DNA of 64,000 nt from the human T2T-CHM13v2.0 reference genome, Homo sapiens, in the NCBI RefSeq assembly GCF_009914755.1, contig NC_060935.1; one strand, 5' to 3'. The notes below the pieces were generated by a model. That model was not told the DNA's origin. It ran no database searches and saw nothing but the letters and a program-made list of their open reading frames with translations. Positions 12,961 through 30,545 of this stretch are shown one piece after another (the stretch's first letter is position 1; each line of letters opens with the position of its first letter). The translations under genes and the position numbers were made by a program.

Positions 12961-14275
12961 TCAGTAGCTATTTATATATAACAACAGTAAACAATCTGAA
13001 AAAGAAACCAAGAAAGCAATTCCATTTACAATAGCAAAAAAAAAAAAGTAAAACACCTAGGAATCAATCTAACCAAAGAAGTGAAAGAAGGACATTGGTC
13101 TAGGCAAAGATTTTTTGTGTAAGACCTCAAAGGCACAGGCAAAGAGAGATAATGGGTGTTACATCAAGCTAAAAAGCTCTATACAGCAAAAGAAACAACC
13201 AACAAAGTGAAGAGATAAACAAAGAATAGAAGAAAGTGTCTACAAACTGTCTATCTAAAAAAGGACGAAAAACCAGAATATATAAAGAGCTCAAACTCGA
13301 TAGCAGAAAACCAAATAATCTCGTTTACAAATGGGCAAAACATCTGAACTGACATTTCTCAAAAGACGTACAAATGGCCAAAAGCTATATGAAAAAAATG
13401 TTCATCACTATAATCACAGAAATATAAATCAAAACCACAATGAGATATCATCTCACCCCAGTCAAAATGGCTTGTATCAAAAAGACAGGCAAGGCTGGGC
13501 AAGGTGGCTCACGCCTGTAAATCCCAGGACTTTGGGATTTACAAAAATTAGCTGGGCATGGTGGCACATGTAATCCCAGTTACTTGGGTGGCAGAGGCTA
13601 AGAATCACTTGAACCCGGGAGGTGGAGGTTGCCTGGGTGATAGAGGAAGACTCTGTTTTTAAAAAAAAAAAAAAAAAAGGCAGTAACAGATGCTGGCGGG
13701 GATGTAGAGAAAAGGAACACTCATACACTGTTGGTGGGAATGCAAATTAGTAAGGCCACTATGTAGAACAATATAGAGTCCTCAAAAAACTAAAACTACG
13801 GAATTACCATAGTATCCAGCAATATCCAAAACATAGTATCCAGCAATATCCAGCAATAGTATCCAGCAATATCCAGCAATATCCAAAACAAAGGAAATCA
13901 ATATATTGGAGATAGTTGTACTCCTACGTTTATTGCAGCACTATTCACAATGGCCAAAACATGAAGTCAACCTAAGTGCTTAAAGAAAATGTGGTATACA
14001 TACACTATGGAATATTATTCAGCCATAAAAATAAATGAAATCCTGTCATTTGCAGCAATATGGATGGAACTGGAAGCCATCACGTTAAGTGAAATAAACC
14101 AAGCACAGAAAGACAACTATTGCATGTTTTCACTCATATGTCGAGCTAAATCTCATAAAGATAAATAAACTGGTGGTTATCAAAGGCCAGGAAGTGGGTG
14201 GGGGGAGTTGAAGGGAGGAGAAAAAGAATAGAAATGTATTTATTACTACTGAACTGTATACTTAAAAACGGTAAA
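12961..14275 (+). mobile_element. L1 (L1MA-like) ORF2 3' end/3' UTR fragments, interrupted by a deleted Alu (~13493-13678)
   Basis: AATCAAAACCACAATGAGATATCATCTCACCCCAGT, ACACTGTTGGTGGGAATG, TCATTTGCAGCAATATGGATGGAACTGGA. Confidence 0.88.
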
Positions 14276-14279
14276 AATA

Positions 14280-14926
<647 letters not shown>

Positions 14927-15057
14927 TTATATGTGTATATTTTACCTCAATAAAAAATAAATAATATAAAAATTCTATGTGGCTATTTGGCTATAAAGAC
15001 AAAATGTATACGGCACTGGATGTTACCATAGCGATATTCTACGATTACTCATTTTAG

Positions 15058-15451
<394 letters not shown>

Positions 15452-15514
15452 TGATATATAAAACAACACCCACAAAGCTCATGGTTTTATCTTCCATCTA
15501 AACAAGCAAACAAA

Positions 15515-15980
15515 TAACTAAAGAATTGAAAGTAGGGTCTCAAACCAATACCTGAATATCCATGTTCATAACAGTATTATTCACAATAACTAAAACACAA
15601 AAGCAACCTGAGTGCCCATCAACAGATAAGCAAAATGTGGTATACAAATAGAATATCATTCAGCCTTAAAGGAAGGCAATTCTGACATATGCTACAACGT
15701 GGATGAACCTTGAGGGCATTATGTTAAGTGAAATAAGCCAGTCACAAAAAGACAAATACTGTATGATACCACTTATACAGGTAGAATACTCAAAATCACA
15801 AAGACAAAAAGTAGAATGATGGTTGCCAGGGGTTGTGGGGAGGGGGGAAATGGGGATTGTTTAATGGGTGCAGAGTTTTAGTTTTACAAGATGAAAATAA
15901 TTATGTAGCTGGATAGTGGTGATGGCTGCACAACATTCCCAATATATTTTGCATCAGTGAACTACATTACTTAAAACGGC
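15515..15980 (+). mobile_element. L1MB-like 3' fragment
   Basis: AAAGAATTGAAAGTAGGGTCTCAAAC...ATGTTAAGTGAAATAAGCCAGTCACAAAAAGACAAATACTGTATGAT. Confidence 0.8.
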
Positions 15981-15988
15981 AAAAAACT

Positions 15989-16289
<301 letters not shown>

Positions 16290-16637
16290 GCCAAAAACCT
16301 CAATGCTTTATTTTCTCTCATAATAAAAATTGTTTCTGTATTATGAGACAAAAAAGAGAAATAAGTCTGGGTTACAAAGTTAAATTTTGAAACATTCCCC
16401 AATATTCATTTTATCAGCTTTTTGTAATAAAGGTCAATTTGAAAAATGACAGATAAGGCAATAGCTATTTTGTGATATATTAAGAATTGTATAAAAGTGT
16501 AAGTTTTAAAAAATGTTTAAAATGAATTCTGAAAACATCAGGTCTACTCCAGTCCCTCCTAAAAAAGGAAGCTTTTTAACAGTCATATAGCCCATAAATG
16601 GTTTCTGCTGTTTCCTCTCCAATTAACTGAGTTAATA

Positions 16638-16843
16638 CAGGAGTTAGCAAACTATGGCTCATGGAGCAAACCCAATCCAATGCTTTTTTTTTTTTTTGGT
16701 AAATTAAGTTTTACTGGAACATAGCCACCCTCATTTGTTTAGGTATTATAGTACACAGCTGCTTTCACACTGCAATAGCAGAGCTGAATAGCTGGGACAG
16801 AGACCATGTGGTCTGTAAAGCATGAAATATTTATCATCACTGG
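16638..16843 (+). mobile_element. MER58-like hAT-Charlie element
   Basis: CAGGAGTTAGCAAACTATGGC start; AAGTTTTACTGGAACATAGCCAC, GCAGAGCTGAATAGCTGGGACAGAGACC. Confidence 0.7.
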
Positions 16844-16862
16844 TAATCAAGAAAATAAACTA

Positions 16863-17121
16863 CAGACAGAGTATCCTAATCCAAAAATCTGAACTCCAAA
16901 TTACTCCAAAATCCTAAATTTTTTGAGCATTTGCATGACACTCAAGGGGAATGCTTACTGACAGCATTTCAGATTTTGGAATTTTGAATGAGGGATGCTC
17001 AACCAGTAAGTATAATGCAAATATTCCAAAATTTTAAAAAAAGAAAAAAACCAAAAACCAAAATCCTGAAATCTAAAACACTGTGGTCCCCAAGTATTTA
17101 AGATAAGGGATACTCAACCTG
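16863..17121. mobile_element. Tigger4/MER46-like MITE
   Basis: Degenerate TIRs (GAGTATCCTAATCC ... GATAAGGGATACTCAACCTG) with TA flanks. Confidence 0.8.
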
Positions 17122-17181
17122 TATATTCACTATATACTCACCAGAATGGCTAACAAAACCAAACCCTAACAATAAAAACTA

Positions 17182-18700
<1,519 letters not shown>

Positions 18701-18781
18701 ACTTATGGGAGTAAATTCACTTCGTAAAAATTGAGCCTCATACTTGAGAAATACGTATATTACTGTATCTGTACTTCAAAG

Positions 18782-20013
<1,232 letters not shown>

Positions 20014-20212
20014 AGGTTATTGCTATTTATTCTCCTAGAAGTATTATTTCTAATCCTCTTGGAATTGAAATGATCAATCAGCTTGCGCATTTATAGCAAT
20101 CTTTGTGGCTTTCCCCTCTAGCTACTCTCCCTTACAATTATTCTACTCATTGCTCAAGAGTACGTCTCCACCACAGCAGGCTGGTGTAAGAAATCAAAAT
20201 ATATCTTAAATA

Positions 20213-20691
20213 AGACTGAGTATCCCTAATCCAAAAAACGTGAAATCTGAAATGCTACAAAATCCAAAACTTTTTAAGCACCAACATGGCATTCAAAGAA
20301 AATGCCCAGGGCCGGGCATGGTGGCTCACGCCTGTAATCCCAGCACTTCAGGAGGCCGACGCGGGTGGATCACTTGAAGTCAGGAGGTCAAGACCAGTCT
20401 GGCCAACATGGCGAAACCCTCTCTCTACTAAAAATACAAAAATTAGCTGGGCCTGGTGGAGTACGCCTGTAATCCCAGCTACTTGGGAGGCTCAGGCAGG
20501 AGAATAGCTTGAGCTGAGATCATGCCACTGTACTCCAGCACAGATGACAAAGTAAGACTGTGTCTCAAAAAAAAAAAAAAAAGCTCCGATTTTGGATTTT
20601 CAGATTTGAAATGCTCAATAGGACAATGCAAACATCCCAAAATCGGAATATTTCTGTTCCCAAGCATTTTCAACAAGGGATATTCAACCTG
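20213..20691. mobile_element. Tigger4/MER46-like MITE interrupted by a + strand Alu (20310-20583)
   Basis: TGAGTATCCCTAATCC and AAGGGATATTCAACCTG ends; Alu nested inside. Confidence 0.8.
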
Positions 20692-21371
20692 TGTTGGCTA
20701 TTTCCAACAGAACTGAATAGCTTGTTTTACCAATTGTAAGAAAGCAGATTATTAAATAGAGCTTTTATAAAGAGTGTAGACTTCATGTTACCCCTGAGAG
20801 CCTGCTGCTTAGAGAGGAGAAAAACATTTTATTGATGCAATACTTTTTTTTTCTTGCTTTCTCCACTATTCGCTGAGTGAAAGTGGTATATCCTAAAGTT
20901 ACTTAATATAAACCACATATTATAAATCTAGTATATCCTTTCTATATACAGTAGCACTTTGGTTATATATTGCCTAAGAAGTAAGTTCTTCCAAACACAT
21001 TACCAAAAACAAACAAAAAACGTTATAACACGTCTATGTGTTGTGTATTTTCTAGTAGAATAAAGTAAAATATTTTTAGGAATTGAGTTCCAAAAAAGTT
21101 CATATAGTCAGAATAGCTTAAATTACTTTAATTACTTAAATGCCTTACTTATACAGCCATAAAGCATTGCATACTTTTCTTTAAATGCCATAATGTATTG
21201 CATATGTGTTTTTTGTTTATAAAGCCCATATATACATTTACAATTATTTAAGAATACATATGAAAAATATTTGCATGTTTAAAACAAAAAACTAAAAAAA
21301 GAAAAATATCTGCATGTTTAAGAGAAACATCAGCACTGTATAAATGAATGTGCCTTAGTGAAACATGTTTA

Positions 21372-21674
<303 letters not shown>

Positions 21675-21689
21675 TTACAAATTAATACA

Positions 21690-22065
21690 CAAAAATATTA
21701 TTCATGTGATGGAATACTACTCTGCCATAAAAAGTAACAAAATAATGTCTTTTGCAGCAACTTGGATGAAGCTGGAGGCCATGATTCTAAGTGAAGTAAC
21801 TCAGAACATACAAATGCCATATGTTCTCACTTATAAGTGGGAGCTAAGCTATGAGGATGCAAAGACAGAGTAATATAATCGACTTTGGTGACTTGAGAAG
21901 CAATGGTTGGGAATGGGGTGAGGGACAAAAGACCACATATTGGGTATAGTGTACATTGCTCGAGTGACAGGTGCACTAAAATCTCAGAATACACAATGAT
22001 AGAACCCATTCATGTAAACAAAAACCACCTATATTCCAAAAACTACTGAAATAAAATAATAATAA
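21690..22065 (+). mobile_element. L1 3' end (L1MA/PB-like)
   Basis: ATGGAATACTACTCTGCCATAAAAAG, TTCTCACTTATAAGTGGGAGCTAAG, CACTAAAATCTCAGAA. Confidence 0.85.
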
Positions 22066-23423
22066 TTGGAAATAGTATTCATGTGAAACCTAAGAACTGA
22101 ATCAACTAAGAAGAAATGACAACATAAATATTTTAACAGGGTTTTCATTGTATTACACTTGTGTTCAAAATAGCATATGTAGTTAAAAGTACAGGACTAT
22201 GACATACATACACTCATGTACGTACATACATGTGCTGGGTTCCAATGTATTACTTATTGTGGGTTCACAATAAAGACCACTGAGACTATTTTTAAAAAAT
22301 ATTAAAAACTTAGACATTTAGGAACATCCTCAAAGGATGAGTTTACAAAACTGCTAGTAAAGTATAACTGTCAAATATATATTCCTGCATATAGAACATG
22401 CTTATAAGGCACACTTTAATGGGGGAAAAATCAGATTTACCATTTGCATACGGGATGAACTCTGACAACAAATTAAATGTCAGCACCAAAAGAGTTAACC
22501 ACACAGTTGCCATGCCCCAAGAAAATATCTTCTTTAGATTAACCGGAGACCTCCACTGGGGAAATAATAAAGGACTGAAGGGAGCAAACAAAGGCATGTA
22601 TCTTAAATAAAAGGGAGGGCAACAATTTTCAATCATTAAAAATGAATTAATCCAAGTTTAATTTCTTGGGTAGTACCCATTTATGCCTAGATACAAGACA
22701 ACAAATCAATTTCACCTCCCTTCACAATTCCATTAGAATGACAGTAGGTGGCTAATGATCTTAAAAAATATCATCAGAGCTCAGTGGGAAAAAATGCCTT
22801 GATCATTTAGCTGCACCTGCCATGGGCCTGATGAGAGTGTTTCTTTTAAATACTGCCAAATTCATTCACCAAACATCTACCAAGAGCCTACCATGGGTCA
22901 GAATCTATGTTAGGGGCAAAAATATAAAGAGGAATAAAAGTCACATGGGGAAACTCTTATTATCAGACAATATTGTTTACTTAAGTTGAATCAATATTCA
23001 AATCACTACTTTAATAACTTAAAAATCAGTTATGATTTCATCTCTGAAATTTATCTGAGTATGCTTTAATGTTCCACAAAAAGAGCACTGCCACCTACTG
23101 TCAATTCTGAATTTCAAGCACAAAACCCTGTAGTTTCTCAACTTGCAGTCTCTGATAAACTTATCAGAAAAGTTTTGCTATCAAAAATTTCGCCCTTATT
23201 TATAAACCTACATTTTAAAATTCCTGCAGCTCCTAGATACCCATTTGCCCCTAAAACAGAAAGAGAGCTTACCTTTGGGGCAAACAGGTAGAGGTGTCAC
23301 AAGTCAGCAAGAGGTCAAACACTGATGGTGACCTCCTAGTGCATGCACTAAGCTAAAACATAACGGGTCACCACACCTTGCTGCTGGTTTAATGAATCCT
23401 TCCACCATTTAATAATCTAGAGA

Positions 23424-23710
23424 GGCTGGGCATGGTGGCTCACCACATTGTGAGGCAAAGGCGGGAAGACTACCTGAGGTTAGGAGTCCAAGACCAGGGC
23501 AACATAGCGAGACCTCATCTCTTCTAAAAATAAGAATAAAAAATTAGCCGGGCATGGTGTGTGTACCCATAGTCCTGGTTACTCAGGAGGCTAAGGTGCG
23601 AGGATCACTTGTGTCCAGGAGGTCAATGTTGCAGTTAGCTATGATCGTGCCACTGTGCCCCAGCCTGGCAGGCAACTGAGCAAGACCCTGTCAAATAGAA
23701 AACAAAAAAA
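23424..23710 (+). mobile_element. Alu (J-like)
   Basis: Diverged dimer. Confidence 0.85.
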
Positions 23711-26597
23711 CTAGGGCCTGGTGGTCATTCATGTAAGGGAAGCTCCATCTCTGTTCTGGAGTTCCCTATGCCTACGAGGTACTTTCGCAACAGCAAGGAG
23801 GAAGAGCCAGTAACTATTCCTAACCCCAGTATTTGGGCTCACTCTGCAGGACATTCACCTCTTTCTCTTTATCCTATTTCAATTTATAAAGCATATACAG
23901 GCAGAGAGATTTAAGGAGATACAAGCTTCCACACTTCTAGAAGACGTGAGTTTAAGGGAAAGTTTGTGTTTCCCAATCTCTCCGGGCAAAAGAAAGGCCT
24001 GGTGGCCCCCACAGTGGCTGCTGACCTTTCTGTGTTCTTTAGATAGCTGAAACATCACGCTTTGTGTGAAAGCAAAAGAAGCAAAAGCACAGTACTTTTC
24101 AAGTAATTGCTAGTAAGGCCAAAAGCTATTCTTGTCCATGCCAGGTTGTCTGCCACCCTAGGATGTTGATTAGACTACCCAATCACTCCCCAGCCTCTAT
24201 GCAATCACATCCAGTTCTGCCACAGTTCCCAAGCCAACTACCTCCCTCCCTCCTTTCCCAAGGTCCCAAGACAATTCTCGAGGACTTACACTGCAAACCA
24301 GATCTCAACCAGAAGTCTACCATCATATTCCACCAACTAAGAGCCTTTCAGACCCAGCTCTGGCATATATGGCCCTTTCTGCAGATGGATGTGCTGGTTT
24401 TATTTAGCTTTTCCCTATTGATGTTTCATTTGTTCTTCAGGGATGGAGGTGAAGGAGATATGGAAGCAGAAAAAAAGAATCAAGATAATCTGGCCATATG
24501 CAAGTTGGGAGGGGGTGGGGAATGGTCTTCCTACTGAAAAATGGAATAAGTATACAGCAGATATTTAAACTGATTATAATATTTAAAACATGTTGTAGTT
24601 TACTGTACTCTGTGAGGCTCGTATCTCACATTTTATAAGAATCCTACCCTGACAATAGCCATCTCCAGCCAACACTTCATTCAAATAATACAAATGCCTT
24701 CAGCCCTTTACATTACTCAGTGATATCTAGTTTTTGTAGGCCTGTCTTGTCTCCTTTATGAAACCAGATCTTGCTGCTCCCCTAAATGCTGTTCATTTTA
24801 GAGGACCTCACTGGCCCATAGGCACACCACACATATTTTTATCTCTACATATTCATCTATGTTGGCTTCTTCTTCTGAACGTATCTCTTGCTCTCTCTAA
24901 CCTTCAAGCTTCAGTCCCACTTTCCTCATGAAGTCTTTTGTGATTACTGTAACAATAGATGCAGATATTTTTATTTGGAGTTTGGGTTTGAAAACACTCA
25001 TTTCAATGCAGTTGTTCTATTTCAAGGACATAAATCACATTAATAAACTATTATTCCTTGTATTAATATGCAAAAAATTACTTTAGAATATCTTACTTTT
25101 TAAAGATCAAATGGGTCTAATTACACTTTTCTTCCATGAATATTAAAAACATATCCAACTTAGTTTATAATAATATTAGGAATTATTATAATGGCTATTT
25201 TTTATTAAGTACCGGGTACTTTGCTAAATGCCTGTATACCACTGTCATGATTTCTTACAAAAACGCTTGAAGGTAAGAATATTATTTTCATAGTAAGAGC
25301 AAGGAAACACAGGCTCAAAATTATCTGTTCGATTGAGTGTTAGAAGAGGAGTCAAGCCCAGATTTATCTAGTTCCAAAGCCTGTGTTCTTTGTATGACAC
25401 TAGCCAGCCTTGGTGCAGAATCTCCCACAGCTAACCTACAATTGGTACATAGGTATGTAACTCTAAACTGTAAACTTGGGGCTTTCAGTTTTCACATGTG
25501 GAAACAATTTTAGCCATATAAAAACGTGCAAAAATTATCAGTCATAATTCAATTTGGATGCCAATAATTTAAGAGCTTCAAAAACTACATGGAATAACCA
25601 CTCATAGTGTATAAGGTCATTTTCATTGCCAAAAAACCCCTAGGTTATAAAAATTATAGGGAGTAAATATAGCCAAATATACCAAAGTATTGTAGGGAAA
25701 GAGGTCTCTTTGCTACTCTTTCCCAACTACTGTTCTTGCCCAAGAGAGTCTAGCAGCACAGGCAGCATACCTCTGGGCATTCTCCCAGGTATATCTGCTG
25801 GCTACTTTGCCAATGGGCTTAATCAAAATTGTTTCCACACATACAGCTGCCATTTCTCTCTCTCTGACCTGTAAAGCAGGGAATAAATGACTCAGCATGC
25901 CATTTCTGAAAGACTGCCAATTCCTAGGTGACTAGAATAATATATCTCCTAGGCATTCAAACTGAATAAAAGTTACTGAATTCCAACTGAGTATAAAGCA
26001 GTCAATAAATGCTTACTAATGAAGAGCTCTAACATTTATCCAGGAGAACTACGGATTATTGTGCCAAAAAAGAAACTTAAGTCTTCCACTTCCATCTAAG
26101 CCTTAGAGTAACTAAAATATAGCACCATTACCAAATGATACTAAGTAAACATACTACCTGTACTAGAAGCAATACAGTATTTCTCTATAAGCCATGAAAT
26201 AAAGGATATATAGATAAATATAGTAAGTTGAGAATGTAAATAATATATCAACATTATGAATGAGCAGAACAGTTAGGCATACTATAGAGTGATGAGTATG
26301 AGATACAGGAACTGTATATAAAATAATTCCTCATTTATCTCATGCTAGAAAACCTTTAAGAGACAGTGAAATCTTTAAGACGATTTAAAAAAATTAAGTG
26401 GAAACTAAAAGAAGTCTTCCCTTTGACAGAGGGAAATGCAAGGCTATGTGTATAAGAATGTACTGTATAGAAAGTAAAGCCCAATAAAGAGTATTTTTAA
26501 AAAGCATTTAAGATTAGAACCACAATGTAATGCTACAGCACATGAGCACAATAAAAAAGGACATAGCCCATCAAAGTAACAATCCAACTCATTACTC

Positions 26598-26748
26598 TTT
26601 TTTTATTTTTATTTTTAAGAGAAAGGGTTTTACTACACTGCATGTTGCCTGTTGCCCTGATTGTCTTCAAACTCCTGTACTCAAGCAATCCTCCTGCCTC
26701 AGCCTCCCAAGTAGCTGAGACTACAGGCACATGCCACCATCCTCAGCT
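26598..26748 (-). mobile_element. Partial Alu/monomer
   Basis: CTCAAGCAATCCTCCTGCCTCAGCCTCCCAAGTAGCTG. Confidence 0.8.
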
Positions 26749-27707
26749 CACCAACTCAGTATCTTTAATGATGGGATTAGTAATTACTGACAAGCTTCAA
26801 ACCCATATAAAAAATGTTTTGTTATGTGGTTAACTTCTCTAAGGAAGATAATTTGAGTTAATATGACAAAATAGGTAAAAATCAATAAAATCTCTTACAC
26901 AGAACAGTTGTTGAATGAGAAAAAAAATCATTCAATATAAAACCTAAAACTATAGTAGCAAAATGGTATCTAGCAGATGGCTTCCTTCTAGATACAAAGT
27001 ACCTTATATCCAATATTTAAAATACATATGTTTAGGGCTCTTCAAATTTTTTTTAAGGACTTACTCTATTTCTTAGACTATCACGTTGTTCCATAAAGAT
27101 TTATTCAATAAAGGTTAACTTTAGTTTGGTCTCTAAATTTTTTCAAGTAAAGCACAAAGTTGAAATTAATCTAAAACCAGATTTGGAAATTAATGTCACT
27201 GGACCCAGTAATCTGATTCCAGGGTTGATATAAATTTTATTCACTACCATTCAATTTTAAAAATTATCAATTTAATATATTTAACAGTTTCTTTTTTAAG
27301 TCTAAGAGAAACAGAGTTAAAAAGATTAGGGTCTTTGGCAGGGAGTACTGATGTTACCCTACTTGGCACAGTGACGTTTCAGTTGTGTTCTACAATGTCA
27401 CTGACATTGTTTCAAAGTTAAATATTCAGCACATTCTTACCCTGAAAAAATTAAGAAATATAAGTCACAAGCAAAACAATTTTGAAAGTTTCAAACTACT
27501 ATATCTAAAACAATGTCTATCAGTGAAAAGCAAGAAATGAGTCACAAAAAGCTATTTTCTTCGAGATATGTGTCAAAGATTTCTAACTTGAAAATTATAC
27601 ATACTCGTTTTAAAGGACAGAGTGATAATACTGTCTTTGAATTTTAATATAATGAAAATATTAATAAATACAAATTTAAGGTACATTTAAAAAACTGAGC
27701 AGTCTTA

Positions 27708-27926
<219 letters not shown>

Positions 27927-28292
27927 CTAAACATAAAGTATTCTGAATTTAAAATCTTCCTCAAGGATACTGTCTCTCATAACAATCTGTACTAAATTTT
28001 AACATGAGGTATGAATTTTAATGTCATATTACATATAGTTTAGAAATAAGAAATCATACAATTTCATAACTCCCAGTGAGCATGACATACTTTCACATAA
28101 CTGGTTCCTCACCTTTTCATATCCAACCAGTTTTGTAAAGAGGCTAATATTCTTATCCTTGCAATACATTAAATGTCATTTATTCCTTTTTGTTCTCGAA
28201 AGTAACTATGAGCACCTGTTCCTTATACACCATTTGCCATTAATGTCAAAATTGGTTCTTCGTTCATGGCTGTAGAGTTTTTTTTAACCTAG

Positions 28293-28593
<301 letters not shown>

Positions 28594-29105
28594 TGTTCTT
28601 CTTACTTTTACCTTTTCAGTAACTAACAGGGTTAGGATACTAGAGTATACTTGACATTAGAGGAACTTTAAAAATCTATTTAAATAAAAAGATTTCTTAA
28701 GTTCAAGGCTTCAAGTTACAAAAATACAAAGTTCATAAAGCAAAACTGTATAAACGAAGTTAATTTAGAATAGGGCTACCTCTACTACATTCTAGCCACC
28801 AATGAAGAAACACTTTAAAATTGCTTCTTAGGAATGGTGTTTTCATTAGCCTCCTAATAAATATTATCTATTTATAACTGAATCTCAAATAAAATAAAAT
28901 TCTAATATTTACATCTTACTTTAAAAAATTAAATCTTTGGATTTTTATTAACATATTATTTCATCACTGGGAAAGCTGACCTATGGAAAGAGAATGGTCC
29001 TCAGAAGCAATTTAATAAATGAACACTGTTATTCTTCAAGTGATATCATGGGAAACTAGCAGATATTAAACAGTTAATACACAAAATATTAAAGAAATTA
29101 CTTAC

Positions 29106-29202
29106 AGGTGCCTTTTTGTCGATTGGCTTTATAACAAATTTTTTGTCATTAAATGAAATATTTCTGATTTCACTCCAGGGAAAACCAATTTTAGGTGTTA
29201 AC
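29106..29202 (-). CDS. RDX: RDX exon 8, aa 233-265
   Basis: tttaag|[32 protein letters not shown]|gtaagt, 97 nt. Confidence 0.97.
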
Positions 29203-30409
29203 CTTAAAAAATGAAAGCATCTCCTTAATTAAAGGCAGGAAACAATGAATAAAATTCCTGTTTAGGACCTAAACTGACTGAATGACCAATCTTAAGAGTT
29301 CCAGATTTTCAAAATGTATTAACTTATTCATAACTACAGTTGACCTTATCTTTTAAGGGGAAAACTGATAAATCATATAAAACAAACAACTGTCCAAAGA
29401 TTTCATAAATGTGTCATGAACCTTAAAAGCAGTGTATTTTCCTAAAATTATCTAAAAAAACTACCTGGTGACCCAAGTGTAGAACTGAGCCTCCTGGGGT
29501 TTGAACTAGCTGTTCAGTTTTTATTGTTTGGATTCAAGCTACAACTACAGTTTAAATATGTGTAAGAAGTGGGAAGAAAAAAAAAGGCCTTTATAACTTC
29601 TCATGTGAATTACGGGCAAGTTACTGCAAATAAAAAAACAGTACTTCCTTCCTGTGTTTAATTTGAAAATGTCTGGATATTCACGAATATACTAAAAATA
29701 CTTAATTTTCAGTATATTTTGAAAGAATCTTATGGTATATGAATTATATCTCAAAAATTTTAAACACTCACATACATAAATATTTGGATAAATGATAGAG
29801 ATGGAATTCAAACTCTTGAGACTATACACAGCAGTTGACTCCGTTTTACCACCCTACACACAAAGATATAGGGAATCATATTGGAATAAGTGATTTTGTT
29901 TCTGCCTTTTCATGTATTTTACTGTTTCAGACTACCTATCAAATGCATCACTATTGTCCTATTGTCCTAATAACTAAGACTGAGAAATGATTTTGACACC
30001 TATACTGGCCAGAAGACATCTTTTAGCCAGGCTTCTGACAACACAGCATGAATTTTTACCTATTTATATTCCTTTTAGTTCTCAAGCAGAGTAGGTACTG
30101 CAGCACAGCAGAGTCTTTTCTACATAAAACATTCTTTACTCAATAAGCATATTAGAGGACCCTCTAATGGCCCCTGATATAAGTCAAAGTAACATGCTTA
30201 AAACGGAGACTGCAGGAATGCAACATAGTATTTTAGAGAACACTATGCTACGTTTATATGCTACTTTGAAAAATTCTAAAGCAATTGCCTCATATAATTC
30301 TCATAACACTCTTGTGAGGTAAGCCTGGAAGCTAATACAATAACTTTTTTAACATTTAAAAAAATTGCTCCAATATGTGCCAGAACCACCACCACCAAAA
30401 AAATTAAGA

Positions 30410-30545
30410 AGCCAGGCACAGTGGCTCACGCCTGTAATCTCAGCACTGGAGAAAGCAGAGGCGCAAGAATTGCTAGAGGCCAGGAGTTCAAGACCAGCCT
30501 GGGCAACATAGCAAGATCCCATTCTCTAAAACAAAAGAAAAAGAT
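30410..30545 (+). mobile_element. Alu left monomer (FLAM-like)
   Basis: GCCAGGCACAGTGGCTCACGCCTGTAATC...AGCCTGGGCAACATAGCAAGA + A-rich end. Confidence 0.85.

Noticed and set aside
24163-24537. 124-aa + strand ORF, the longest non-Alu ORF in the track
   Set aside because: No recognisable homology, weak start context and a length compatible with chance; only the splice-acceptor-like signals were kept as a low-interest finding.
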